From a bacterium (GTDB lineage Bacteria; 4484-113): a DNA stretch of 63,006 bases. Within the stretch, counting starts at the first letter, position 1. Every line of letters begins with the position of its first letter. The position numbers and the translations under genes are program-made. The notes beneath the pieces were generated by a model. The model saw only the letters and a program-made list of their open reading frames with translations, did not search any database and was not told the origin of the DNA. The stretch covers positions 1-63,006 of the forward strand of contig JAGGTK010000037.1 in the NCBI GenBank assembly GCA_021163765.1, read 5' to 3'. This document shows positions 1 through 9,285 of the stretch, piece by piece.

Positions 1-882
1 GTCGTTGAATGCATAGTGCCCTTCAGGACCGGTCATAGTATGAAAAGCTGGCGGATTCCTATCGTCGTCTTCCCTGTCTCGATAGAGCAGGAATACATGA
101 GTCCTGGGGAGTGGGGTGCCTTCTTCGTCACGGACGGTCCCTATAACCCGACCGACATCGTAACCTCTCATCACAAAGTCATGCCGGGTAGTCTCGCCTG
201 CGTGGATTGCGACCTCTCCTACGTATGTTCGATAGCCGCGCTTGAAGCCTATCAGCCTGTAATCTCCAGCCGGAATCCTCGCGAACTCGTATTCGCCGTC
301 TGCGTTCGTTCGAGCCAGGAGAAAGAAGCGGTCATTGTTGAACGCGAGAACTTTCACACCTTCCAGCGGAGTGCCCTCCGTGTCGGTGACCGCTCCCACA
401 AGGGTGCCATAGTCCGAGTACTCAGATACCGTGCGGGCGCCAGATGGCGACAGCGCCATATTCAGCGGGAGAGCATCGTCGTAACTCACGTCAAACGACG
501 CTACCTCGATGCCCTCAACTCCGATTACCAGGCTATGGTTACCGCTGGCAACGCCACTGGCCAGAAATTCGCCACTGTCGTCAGTGGACGAGACCACGTT
601 CCCCGTGCTGTCGAGATAGACCTCCAGGTCAGGAATAGGTGTGCCGACGTAATCGGCAACAACCCCTCCTATTTCACCTGCACTCTTGGCAACTTGAGGT
701 GGCTCTACATCTACCGCCTCAAGCGTATCATCTCCTTCTACTGGCGGAGAGTTGTTCTGGTCGCCACCGGTAGTAAGCAGCGGTGTGAAACCGGACGGTC
801 CTGACGCTCCGCCGCCACCACAGGCTGCTAAAAGGAGAAAAACTGCTGCCAATCCTAAAACAGCAATTAAGAGCTTTCTCAC
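1..882 (-). CDS. Lipoprotein with tandem carboxypeptidase-regulatory-like (transthyretin-like beta-sandwich) domains; runs off the window edge
   Basis: Absent from the ORF track; translated by hand from GTG at 882: MRKLLIAVLGLAAVFLLLAAC-GGGG (lipobox), then repeats such as GTLVGAVTDTEGTPLEGVKV...RTNADGEYEFARIPAGDYRL and GRVIGTVRDEEGTPLP. Open to position 1; G-rich RBS upstream. Confidence 0.85.
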   Translation of the reverse strand, partial: MRKLLIAVLGLAAVFLLLAACGGGGASGPSGFTPLLTTGGDQNNSPPVEGDDTLEAVDVEPPQVAKSAGEIGGVVADYVGTPIPDLEVYLDSTGNVVSSTDDSGEFLASGVASGNHSLVIGVEGIEVASFDVSYDDALPLNMALSPSGARTVSEYSDYGTLVGAVTDTEGTPLEGVKVLAFNNDRFFLLARTNADGEYEFARIPAGDYRLIGFKRGYRTYVGEVAIHAGETTRHDFVMRGYDVGRVIGTVRDEEGTPLPRTHVFLLYRDREDDDRNPPAFHTMTGPEGHYAFND

Positions 883-932
883 AGTAACCTACCCCCTTTT
901 CGAAGTGCTTTCATCAGCAGTAGGATAAAAAC

Positions 933-996
933 ATTATACCGTTTATGCATCTCATTCGGTAGTTCCAGTTAATAGTCATACCAGCTATACCAGTTG
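933..996 (-). promoter_or_regulatory. Promoter of the 1..882 gene with ATACCAG repeats (candidate MocR/GabR-type operator)
   Basis: TATAAT on the minus strand at 933-938; ATACCAG at 978-984 and 987-993, TTCCAG at 963-968; 984-996 is the exact reverse complement of 57030-57042. Confidence 0.5.
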
Positions 997-1146
997 CACT
1001 TCGAGTATCACGAAACGAGGATGTTACGTAAGCGATGTTGTGCGATGCGCCAGAAGCCCGATTAGCACCACTAACAGCGAGCCGCCGGACTCTGCTATTC
1101 GCTGGCAGGGACACCTGGGTCTAGCGATAACTACACAGAAGAACGC

Positions 1147-1881
1147 TCAGATTGAACCAGTTATAACGATCCGGTCTTCCCCGACTATAATGTGCGTGAT
1201 TACCACCTTGAGTTCACGCCCCAGCATCCCTTCGCAACGCTTGAATTCCTTGCGCCGCTTCTCGTTGAATTCGCCCAAGTCGAAAATCGGATTCAGCTCG
1301 GCTTCCAGTTTTTTCTTCAGCCCTGCTGGAAATCCCAAACCGGCCATGCGGACACGGCTTATCCGGTAGTATATCTTGCTTCCCCCCTCATAGCTTAAGT
1401 AGCCATACACTTCAAAGGGCAAAGATAACGGGCCCCACCTATACCGGCCGCGCATAATCACCTGCCCTTTTTCGGTGATAACCTCGGGCTCATCGATCAG
1501 CTCACTCTTAATTTCCAGCGCTTGCGAAAGGTCATCTGGCAGGAAGGTGAAGCGAATCGCTATGTCTCCGATGCTGCGGATGCAGTCCTCAACCTTGCCC
1601 AGCAGCACCTTCTCCGGTCTGATACGCACATCCTTCACAACGAAGCGGGCTTCCTCAATGCGCACCGGCTTGACGTACAATCCTTCAAGCCTGAAGTCTA
1701 TTGCCGCGATCTTGCCCTTCACCAGAAGCGAGCCCTTGTTTATGTGCGATTCGACCTCAACCGCCTGAACCCTCTCCCCCAACTCATCTTTCAGGGCATT
1801 TTCCAGCCGGGAGTCAACGTCGCCTCCAAGCCCTATGACTTGAGATAGCGCTATAATAATGACGAGTATTACGTTGCTCAT
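1147..1881 (-). CDS. Exported protein, DUF2993/LmeA-like
   Basis: N-terminal hydrophobic signal; LLxGKIxxIDFRLEG and LNPIFDL segments resemble DUF2993 proteins. Confidence 0.55.
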   Translation of the reverse strand: MSNVILVIIIALSQVIGLGGDVDSRLENALKDELGERVQAVEVESHINKGSLLVKGKIAAIDFRLEGLYVKPVRIEEARFVVKDVRIRPEKVLLGKVEDCIRSIGDIAIRFTFLPDDLSQALEIKSELIDEPEVITEKGQVIMRGRYRWGPLSLPFEVYGYLSYEGGSKIYYRISRVRMAGLGFPAGLKKKLEAELNPIFDLGEFNEKRRKEFKRCEGMLGRELKVVITHIIVGEDRIVITGSI

Positions 1882-2023
1882 CGCATTACCATTCTAACAG
1901 GTATACGACGCATATCTGTATGATGCAGATTCAAACCCGCAAGTTCACCTCGACCCCGTTTTACGCGTGCCCTCGCGCCGTAACGGCGTAAATGCTAAGA
2001 TTAGTAGCCAACAGAGGGGGCTT

Positions 2024-2818
2024 ATGAACGTTAGCAGATTCTTCAAGGTGGATTTCGACGAACAGTCGCGCCAGCTGACCATCACCATCGACAAGGAAGA
2101 CGACAAGTACAACTCTTTCGGTCCCGCCCTGGTTATGGCACTCGCGGAGCTGCTGGAGCATTACGAGCAGAATCGCGAGATCAGAGCGCTAATACTGACC
2201 GCAGCCGGCCGGAAGGTGTTCTCAACCGGCGCGGACATCCACGGGCAGTTCCCGCACCTGGATTCCTCCGCCGCACGGGATTTCTCCGCACTGGGTCAGC
2301 GCGTTTTCACAATGCTTGAGGATGCGCCGTATATCACGCTGGCAGCGATTAACGGATTCGCGCTCGGCGGCGGCCTGGAAATCTCGCTTGCGTGCAACTT
2401 CCGCGTTGCGAGCACTAACGCGCGTCTTGGCCTGCCCGAAATCAATCTGGGCGTGATGCCAGGATGGGGAGGCACTCAGCGCCTCCAGCGGGTCATCGGC
2501 CAGGAGCGAGCACTCCGGATGATCCTCTCCGGCGAGCCCATCAGCGCAAAAACGGCGCTTGAATGGGGCCTCGTCTCTGCCGTATTCGAGCCCGATGAGC
2601 TTATGGACGGCGCCCGTAAGTTCCTCTCAGCGTTCGAGGGGAAAAGCGGTGACGCGCTCCGCATCGCCAAACGTGCTGTGGTCCAGGGCGGACGCCTGCC
2701 ACTGCTTGATGCCTTGCGGCTGGAGAGCGAGATCTTCGGCTTGTTATGGAACAGCCCTGACCGCGATGAGGGCGTAAAGGCCTTTCTTGAAAAGCGCAAG
2801 CCGAAGTTCACCACATAG
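2024..2818 (+). CDS. Enoyl-CoA hydratase/isomerase (crotonase family)
   Basis: FSTGADI, AAINGFALGGGLEISLAC, LPEINLGVMPGWGGTQRL, EGVKAFLEKRKPKF; ATG 2024 preceded by GAGGGGG. Confidence 0.95.
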   Translation: MNVSRFFKVDFDEQSRQLTITIDKEDDKYNSFGPALVMALAELLEHYEQNREIRALILTAAGRKVFSTGADIHGQFPHLDSSAARDFSALGQRVFTMLEDAPYITLAAINGFALGGGLEISLACNFRVASTNARLGLPEINLGVMPGWGGTQRLQRVIGQERALRMILSGEPISAKTALEWGLVSAVFEPDELMDGARKFLSAFEGKSGDALRIAKRAVVQGGRLPLLDALRLESEIFGLLWNSPDRDEGVKAFLEKRKPKFTT

Positions 2819-2826
2819 GGAACGAA

Positions 2827-3801
2827 ATGCCGTCATACTTCTTCACAAGCCAGGATGACCTTCTCCTCCGCGAGGAGGCCGAGAAGACCTCACGCAGTGC
2901 CGACCTTGAGGTTTTCTACGGTCACGACTTGAACCTGGCGGATTTCGAGCACCGCCTGACCACTGCCAGTCTTTTCTCCAAGACGCGCGCCGTGTGGCTC
3001 AAGGACGTGGCGCTTCTTCCGAGGGGAAAACGCACCGTCTCACGACTGAAAAACCTGTGCGCTCGCATCCCTCAGGAAACCGCGCTCGTACTCTCCCAGA
3101 ACACCTATTTCGGCGGCGATTACAGGAAGGCGTCAGAGTTTCGTTCCAGCGCACTGCGAAAGCATCTCGAAAAGGCCGCGGATGTTACAAAAGAAATAGC
3201 GCTCAAGGGAAGGGCGCTTCGGGAATGGGCGGTAAGCCGGGCTTTGAAGCGTTACGGCCTGAAGTTGAACCCATCGCAGGCCGACAGGCTCGCGGAAGCC
3301 TGCCTTCAACTGCCATCAATGATGGATAGCGAACTTATGAAGCTCTCGCTCCTCAGGCCCGAAAACGTTGAAGTGCCGGTGCGTGAGGAAGTATTCAGCT
3401 TCGTCCTGACCCGCACGCTGGGCCAGGGCATCCGGGAACTGGTGGATACTGCGCTGGCACGCGACAAGAAGGCGTTCTCAATCGCGCAGGACGTGTTTCG
3501 CCGCCAGGAAACAGGTGGCAGGCTGTTCTCCGACCTCTACCGGGGCTTCCAGCGGCTGCTGGCAATTCGCACCGACCCCCAGCACCGTTCTCGCCCTGAG
3601 TTCAAAGGGATGCACCGTTTCGTGCAGCAAAAGCTCACCACGGCAGCCGCACGCTGGAGCGCACCCGCCATCATCAGGGCGCTTACGCTGATAACGGATG
3701 CCGAATTCCGCCAGCGCACTAACCGGATTCTGGGCCATTCGTCGCAGCAGGCGGAACGGAACCTGGTGTTGCTGTTGCTGAAGCAGCTCGCTGCATTGTG
3801 A
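2827..3801 (+). CDS. holA: DNA polymerase III delta subunit (divergent)
   Basis: TASLFSKTRAVWLKD, MDSELMKLSL, C-terminal helical collar; length 324 aa is typical. Confidence 0.7.
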   Translation: MPSYFFTSQDDLLLREEAEKTSRSADLEVFYGHDLNLADFEHRLTTASLFSKTRAVWLKDVALLPRGKRTVSRLKNLCARIPQETALVLSQNTYFGGDYRKASEFRSSALRKHLEKAADVTKEIALKGRALREWAVSRALKRYGLKLNPSQADRLAEACLQLPSMMDSELMKLSLLRPENVEVPVREEVFSFVLTRTLGQGIRELVDTALARDKKAFSIAQDVFRRQETGGRLFSDLYRGFQRLLAIRTDPQHRSRPEFKGMHRFVQQKLTTAAARWSAPAIIRALTLITDAEFRQRTNRILGHSSQQAERNLVLLLLKQLAAL

Positions 3802-3831
3802 TACTCTGCGGTAGAATCGTTGTGAGGTGAA

Positions 3832-4710
3832 ATGATGCACTTTATCCGGTTCTCTATTCTCCTGGTGATTGCAGCAATCCTGCTAATAGCCTGTCGGCAG
3901 ACTTCGGCAGAGAAGAAGGTTTACACCCCCGCCGGGGACATTGCTGAGGGAAATCCGGTGATGGTTGCCGAGGGTACATCATCAGCCACGGACGCGGGAG
4001 GTTCCGAGCTTCCGGAAACGGAACAGGCAGACGTGCCCCAAGATGGTGAAGCGACCGACGAGCTGCCGGTGGAAGAGCAGGAAACTGAGGAATCCGCGCA
4101 ACCGGAGACCGAGCAGCCCGATGATTCATCGGAGGATGAGGCTGTGGAAGGAGAAACCCAGGATACTGAAAAGGAAATCGAGAAGATACCTGCGCCACAG
4201 TTGCCATCACGGATGAGCCATGTCGTCAAGGCTATCTTTGAAACAAACAAGGGGAGTTTCATCATTGCCATCTATCCTGAGATTGCACCCCTATCCGCTC
4301 CCCACTTCATTATGCTCATCCGGGAGGGCTTCTATGACGGCATAGTAATTCACCGTTACGAGTCCGGCTTTGTGGTTCAAATGGGTAAGGTCTTTGACGA
4401 AAACGGAACTCCGCTATACCCCGACGACCCAAAGAAGGCGCAGCTTGCGCAGATAACTATTCCAGATGAGCCCTGCCTCTCCGAAAACACAGCTACGACC
4501 ATTTCCTTCGCCAAGCCGGACGCCCCGGACTCGGCATCCTGCCAGTTCTTCATCAACCTGGGGGACAACCGCAGGCTGGACGATTTGAACTACGGCTTCA
4601 CGGTAATGGCCCAGGTTGTGCACGGTATGGATGTCGTGCGCAGCCTGAGAGTGGGTGACGAAATCGGTAACGCCCAGATAATTGAGCAAGGCATGGATCC
4701 CGGCCTGTGA
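3832..4710 (+). CDS. Cyclophilin-type peptidyl-prolyl isomerase, lipoprotein with acidic linker
   Basis: LIAC lipobox; FETNKG, GFYDGIVIHRYESGFVVQMG, DSASCQFFINL, VVHGMDVV. Confidence 0.92.
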   Translation: MMHFIRFSILLVIAAILLIACRQTSAEKKVYTPAGDIAEGNPVMVAEGTSSATDAGGSELPETEQADVPQDGEATDELPVEEQETEESAQPETEQPDDSSEDEAVEGETQDTEKEIEKIPAPQLPSRMSHVVKAIFETNKGSFIIAIYPEIAPLSAPHFIMLIREGFYDGIVIHRYESGFVVQMGKVFDENGTPLYPDDPKKAQLAQITIPDEPCLSENTATTISFAKPDAPDSASCQFFINLGDNRRLDDLNYGFTVMAQVVHGMDVVRSLRVGDEIGNAQIIEQGMDPGL

Positions 4711-5804
4711 GTAACAAGACACTCAGCGAGCTTGAGATCCTGGAGTTCTTCCGTAAAGAGCTTGGCCTGACGCATCCGCATCCGATGAACCTGGCGGGCA
4801 ACACAGACGACGCTGCGGTTATGCCGCTTCTGCCAAAGGACTTCTCAACTTATGCCACCGGCAAGAGGACTAGACTCGGAGACCGTGCCGATTCTCTCGT
4901 CTTTACCCAGGATGCGATGATAGAGAACATCCACTTCCGCCTGGACTACAGCACGCCTGAGCAAATAGTCGCCAAGTGCATGACGGTTAACGTGTCCGAT
5001 CTGGCTGCGATGGGAGCGTCGCCACTGGGCGCACTCGTTCACGTAGGGCTACCGAAGCCCTATGCCGTTAGAGAATTCCTGGCAAGCCTGACCAGGGGCT
5101 TGCGGCGGTCGATGCAACGGTACAGCTTCACGGTATTCGGGGGCGACCTTACTGCGGCCCGTGATTTCACCATATCCGCAGCCCTGATCGGTCGGATCGA
5201 CCATCGCAGGATGATGCTCCGCAGCGGGGCAAAGGCCGGCGATGTGCTGTGCATTTCTGGAACGTTGGGATTGGCGTCTCTCGGGCTGAAGCTCCTGGAA
5301 GCCCGTAGAAAAGGAAGAATCAGCGTTGCGGAACTCAGGCGATTCCCCCGCTCAACTGAAAAACTTCTTGCGCCTCGCGCACGCCTTGCTCTGGGACGAA
5401 AGATGGCTGAAGCGGGGCTTGTTACAAGCTGCATTGACCTGTCAGACTCACTGGCGCGCTCACTCAGGCTGCTGGCAGAGCAATCGCACGTTGGCTTCAG
5501 CATAGAGCTTTCATCCAGGCTCCTGCATCGCGAAGTCCGGAAATACTACGGACACCTCGATTCCCGCAGGCTGGCAGACATCACGTTTTCAGCCGAAGAG
5601 GATTTCGAGTTGCTCTTCACGATAGGCGCTTCATATGCAGAAAAGGCGCATCGCCTTCTGCCGCGGGGAGTAATCCCCATCGGCACTGCCTTGGCCCACG
5701 AGAACGGCATCCTCGCCTTCCACCGCGGCAAGCGTATCGCCTTCAAGAATGGCGGCTTCGAGCACTTCAGCAAGCGTCACCGCCGCTATGGGGACTGCCG
5801 GTAG
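4707..5804 (+). CDS. thiL: Thiamine-monophosphate kinase
   Basis: DDAAV, DAMIENIHF, NVSDLAAMGASP, GGDLT, RSGAKAGD, CIDLSDSL, EDFELLFT. Confidence 0.92.
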   Translation: MSNKTLSELEILEFFRKELGLTHPHPMNLAGNTDDAAVMPLLPKDFSTYATGKRTRLGDRADSLVFTQDAMIENIHFRLDYSTPEQIVAKCMTVNVSDLAAMGASPLGALVHVGLPKPYAVREFLASLTRGLRRSMQRYSFTVFGGDLTAARDFTISAALIGRIDHRRMMLRSGAKAGDVLCISGTLGLASLGLKLLEARRKGRISVAELRRFPRSTEKLLAPRARLALGRKMAEAGLVTSCIDLSDSLARSLRLLAEQSHVGFSIELSSRLLHREVRKYYGHLDSRRLADITFSAEEDFELLFTIGASYAEKAHRLLPRGVIPIGTALAHENGILAFHRGKRIAFKNGGFEHFSKRHRRYGDCR

Positions 5805-5815
5805 CCCTGCTTGCC

Positions 5816-6427
5816 CTAGTCCATCCCCTTCTGGACCGCGTCCAGGGCTGACTTATACGCGCCATCAAACTCCGTGTTCATTTCCTTCAGCCATTCCCCG
5901 TACTTGCTTCGCTCCAGTTCGTCCTTTCCGGCAAGGTTGATCAGCACGTTCAGCTCCCCGCCGCGGAAGGCCGTTTGCAGGAAATGCACCGCTACGCCGA
6001 CATCGGATATGGCGTTCTTATTCCCGATTGGAGCCAGCCTGGCGGCGGCTTTCAGCGCTGCAAGCGCTGCAACCATCGTCCGCTGTGGAACCGCGATGGC
6101 TTCAGCTTCGGCTTCTTTCATACCGGCTTCCTGCTCCGGTGTCATCTCTTTGAGCTTGAAAAACTCAAACAGGCGCATGAATGCGTCCGTGTCCTCATCA
6201 ATCAAGGACAGAAACTGTCCTCGAAGCTCATCGGCCTGCTTCAGGATGCCTTCCACTTCTTCGCGCACATCGGCGTACCTCTTCTTCCCGATGGTCAGGT
6301 TGCATACCATCATCACCAGAGAACAGCCTGTCGCTCCCGCGACTCCCGCCGCGCTTCCCCCGCCCGGTGCCGGTTTTTTAGAAGATATCTCATCAAGCAA
6401 TTCGATAAAACCCAGATTTCTGAGCAC
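5816..6427 (-). CDS. fchA: Formiminotetrahydrofolate cyclodeaminase (FTCD C-terminal family)
   Basis: PAPGGGSAA, MVCNLTIGKK, DEDTDAF, GNKNAISDVGVA, NVLINL. Confidence 0.9.
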   Translation of the reverse strand: MLRNLGFIELLDEISSKKPAPGGGSAAGVAGATGCSLVMMVCNLTIGKKRYADVREEVEGILKQADELRGQFLSLIDEDTDAFMRLFEFFKLKEMTPEQEAGMKEAEAEAIAVPQRTMVAALAALKAAARLAPIGNKNAISDVGVAVHFLQTAFRGGELNVLINLAGKDELERSKYGEWLKEMNTEFDGAYKSALDAVQKGMD

Positions 6428-6463
6428 GGTTCCCTCCTGAATATTGAATAATTCGCCCCCGGC

Positions 6464-7762
6464 TCACTCCAGCATAGCTTCGCCCGCAAGAGTGTCCGTC
6501 AGACAGCCACGTCGCTTCAAGAAGCGCCCACGGGCGATTACCGTATCGACGTTATCAGCTCCGATATAGTAACCCAGTTCCCTGTAGTCACCGGTGTCCA
6601 GAACCACTATGTCAGCATCCATTCCGGGGGCAAGAGACCCCTTGGTATATCCTCGGCCGACGGCGAACGCTGCATTCTTGATGTGTGCGTTTATCGCCTC
6701 GTCGCATGCCATACCCATCCGCAGGCCGGCCAGCGTAAGCACAAACGATGGGTCAAACACCAGGCTGCTTCCCGGATTCAGGTCTGTCGCCAGAGCCACA
6801 GCCGCGCCCGCGTCAATAAGCTCGCGCACCGGAGCGTTGAGGGCCGTCTGTGTGAAGAACATCGTTGCTGGTAAAAGCACGGCGATAGTTCCCGACTCTG
6901 CGAGCTTCTTAATGCTCTCGCTGCCCATACCCGCGAGATGGTCCACCGATGTTGCGCCAAGCTCCACTCCAAGCGCGCTGGTGCCGTCATCGCCGAACTC
7001 GTCCGCGTGCAGCTTGAGCAGAAAGCCCTGCTCCTTTGCCGCCAGGAGTATCCTCCTGCCCTCTTCCCTGGTCAGCGCGAGGGGGTCCACAAACACGTCG
7101 CAGAACTCAGCGAGCTTTTCCCGGCGAATCACCGCAAGCGTCTGTATCACTTCGTCTATGTACTTCTCGCGGCGGTCCGCAAATTCAGGCGGTATCAGGT
7201 GCCCGCCAAGGTATGTCGGCACAATCGTGCCCGCGAACTCGCTTTGCAGCCTGGCGAACGCACGAAGGGTGCGCAGCTCGCCCTCCTTCGTCAGCGCATA
7301 GCCGCTCTTGGCTTCAACCGTGGTAACTCCGTGGTCTGCCAGCATCCGAAGGTGCCTGCGGCCGTTTTCGAGCAGCTCATCCTCGGTCGCGTCAAGCGTT
7401 TTCTGGCGCGTGTATGCGATGCCTCCGTCGGCCTCGGCGATCTCGTGGTAAGTCGCGCCTTTGCAGCGCGCAAAGAACTCGTGAGCACGCGAGCCTGCCC
7501 ACAGGAGGTGGTTGTGGCAGTCCACAAATCCGGGCATGATAACTCGTGCGCCTGCGTCATACTCGACACACCTGCCGTTCATAAGGGACTTCTCAGGCGG
7601 ATGCTGCGACAGGTAGTTTATCTTGCCCGATTCAGTATCGATGCCTACGAAACCGCCGAATATGATATTCAGGTCGCACAGGGCTTCCTGGCGCTTGGGA
7701 GCGTGATACGGCTCGCGTAGCGTGAGAATCGGTCCCCGGGTCCGAAGAAGAAACTTGATCAC
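6464..7762 (-). CDS. hutI: Imidazolonepropionase
   Basis: PGFVDCHNHL, GGIAYT, GVTTVEAKSGY, FCDVF, LHADE, SVDHL, ALATDLNPGSS. Confidence 0.95.
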   Translation of the reverse strand: MIKFLLRTRGPILTLREPYHAPKRQEALCDLNIIFGGFVGIDTESGKINYLSQHPPEKSLMNGRCVEYDAGARVIMPGFVDCHNHLLWAGSRAHEFFARCKGATYHEIAEADGGIAYTRQKTLDATEDELLENGRRHLRMLADHGVTTVEAKSGYALTKEGELRTLRAFARLQSEFAGTIVPTYLGGHLIPPEFADRREKYIDEVIQTLAVIRREKLAEFCDVFVDPLALTREEGRRILLAAKEQGFLLKLHADEFGDDGTSALGVELGATSVDHLAGMGSESIKKLAESGTIAVLLPATMFFTQTALNAPVRELIDAGAAVALATDLNPGSSLVFDPSFVLTLAGLRMGMACDEAINAHIKNAAFAVGRGYTKGSLAPGMDADIVVLDTGDYRELGYYIGADNVDTVIARGRFLKRRGCLTDTLAGEAMLE

Positions 7763-7792
7763 GGACGCTATTTTAGCAAATCCGCGCTCGCG

Positions 7793-7975
7793 TCAATCCT
7801 CACCGCAGGCTTCAAATGCCTTACAGCCAAATGACTCGTCAATTGTGCGGTGCTCGTAGTCACTCTCCGGGTTCAGGCACTCGCCCATTTTGGCGCCGCC
7901 CTCAATCTCCGCGCCGTCCTGCGCCCCCGGCGCGAAATACCGGCAATTTCGGCATATCTCACTCTTGGATTCCAT
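7793..7975 (-). CDS. Small Cys-rich protein, HiPIP-like or other metal-binding fold
   Basis: CRNCRYF...GECL...FGCKAF spacing; G-rich RBS upstream; no signal peptide. Confidence 0.55.
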   Translation of the reverse strand: MESKSEICRNCRYFAPGAQDGAEIEGGAKMGECLNPESDYEHRTIDESFGCKAFEACGED

Positions 7976-8031
7976 ACCGCCCCCCCGAACAGGTCTTGCA
8001 AATTATGATAGCACAGAAGCATAGCCACAGA

Positions 8032-8104
8032 CTACCCAAACTCGATCCCCTGCACGAGGGGCAGGTCGGTGCCCCAGTTCACGGTGTTCGTCTGCCGGCG
8101 CATA
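8032..8104 (-). repeat. Orphan copy A of the ALDH gene 3' end (73 nt)
   Basis: Aligns to 9286-9358; encodes [23 protein letters not shown] versus native ...[14 protein letters not shown]. Confidence 0.95.
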
Positions 8105-8142
8105 AGCAACTTCCTCCCAGACTCAGCAGCAAGGCTGGACAG

Positions 8143-8373
8143 CTACTTCAACGCTCTAAGAAACTCATCATGAGCAATACCAGCCTGACGCAGTATTCCC
8201 TGCAAGGTGCCTGACTTGACCTCCCGATGCAGCGGCACTACGCAACCCCGTTCGCCTTCAGGAGTTGCTCTCTTAAGGATGACATGGCTACCACGCTGAC
8301 GCACTTGCGCGAAGCCAAGCCGCTCTAAAATCAGTATCACCTTCTTGCCTGCGAGCTTCGGAAGCTCAGGCAC
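8143..8373 (-). CDS. hicA: HicA-family toxin
   Basis: LERLGFAQVRQRGSHVILK...VVPLHREVKSGTLQGILRQAGI; GTG start overlaps the hicB stop. Confidence 0.92.
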   Translation of the reverse strand: MPELPKLAGKKVILILERLGFAQVRQRGSHVILKRATPEGERGCVVPLHREVKSGTLQGILRQAGIAHDEFLRALK

Positions 8374-8581
8374 GAACAGAGACCTCAAAAGTCGTCAGCT
8401 GGGGCTTCTCACCGCCCGCAGAAGGGAACTCCTCCAGATAAAGCTCTGTAGCTTCTTTCAGATTCGCAAGAGCCTCCTCCTGTGTATAGCCCTGGCTGAC
8501 CGTGCCAATCTCCGGGCACTGAGCCACATACATATCCTCTTCCTTCCACAGAACCGCTGTGAGTTGTCTCGTTTGCGCCAT
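8366..8581 (-). CDS. hicB: HicB-family antitoxin (short, no obvious DNA-binding domain)
   Basis: YVAQCPEIGTVSQGYTQEEALANLKEATELYLE. Confidence 0.92.
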   Translation of the reverse strand: MAQTRQLTAVLWKEEDMYVAQCPEIGTVSQGYTQEEALANLKEATELYLEEFPSAGGEKPQLTTFEVSVRA

Positions 8582-8620
8582 CAACTATCATTATACCTCA
8601 GCAACTCGCCCGTTCATGCC

Positions 8621-8724
8621 CTACCCAAACTCGATCCCCTGCGCGAGCGGCAGGTCGGTAGACCAATTGACGGTATTCGTCTGCCGGCGCATATAGGCTT
8701 TCCAGGCGTCAGAGCCGCTCTCGC
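8621..8724 (-). repeat. Orphan copy B of the ALDH gene 3' end (104 nt)
   Basis: Aligns to 9286-9389; same peptide [33 protein letters not shown] with only synonymous differences. Confidence 0.95.
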
Positions 8725-8783
8725 CCCTTTCATTTTACAGCCATAGGTTATAATAAACTGACTGCCGAACATCGGAGAATCTT

Positions 8784-9056
8784 ATGAACGGTAGATACAT
8801 TTTAAGTGAATACGTTGAGGAAGCAATGGCTTCAGCCTCCTACGATAAGCTGGAAGATGGCACGTTCTCAGGGCGCATCGCGCAGTGTCCGGGAGTCGTC
8901 GCCTTCGAGAAAAGCCTCCGGCAATGTGAAGAGGAACTCCGCTCCACTCTTGAAGAGTGGATTCTCCTCGGACTTCAAATGGGGCATAAGCTTCCCGTAA
9001 TCGCAGGAATAGACCTCAACGCGGAGCCAACTCGTGAGCCAGTGGACGCCCTGTAA
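8784..9056 (+). CDS. hicB: HicB-family antitoxin
   Basis: EDGTFSGRIAQCPGVVAF...CEEELRSTLEEWILLGL..GHKLPVI. Confidence 0.88.
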   Translation: MNGRYILSEYVEEAMASASYDKLEDGTFSGRIAQCPGVVAFEKSLRQCEEELRSTLEEWILLGLQMGHKLPVIAGIDLNAEPTREPVDAL

Positions 9057-9267
9057 GAGAAGAGACTTCATCCAGAAGCTGAGGAAACTAGAGTTTGATG
9101 GGCCCTTTTCAGGAAAGCGCCATCAATTTATGGTTTATGAAAACCATCGCCTTGCGATACCGAACGTTGCGGAGTACTCGGTACCGCAGTTGAGAATGCT
9201 ATTGAAGGAAGTCGAGATAATACTAGAAAGAAAGATTCCTCTTGAAAAATGGGTAGAGCTTTCTTAG
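9034..9267 (+). CDS. hicA: HicA-family toxin
   Basis: FIQKLRKLEFDGPFSGKRHQFM...LAIPN...SVPQLRMLLK; overlaps the upstream hicB. Confidence 0.85.
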   Translation: MSQWTPCKRRDFIQKLRKLEFDGPFSGKRHQFMVYENHRLAIPNVAEYSVPQLRMLLKEVEIILERKIPLEKWVELS

Positions 9268-9285
9268 AAACGTTAGCAGGATTCC

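Noticed and set aside
16-804. 262-aa plus-strand ORF in the track
   Set aside because: Antisense shadow of the real minus-strand lipoprotein gene (1..882).
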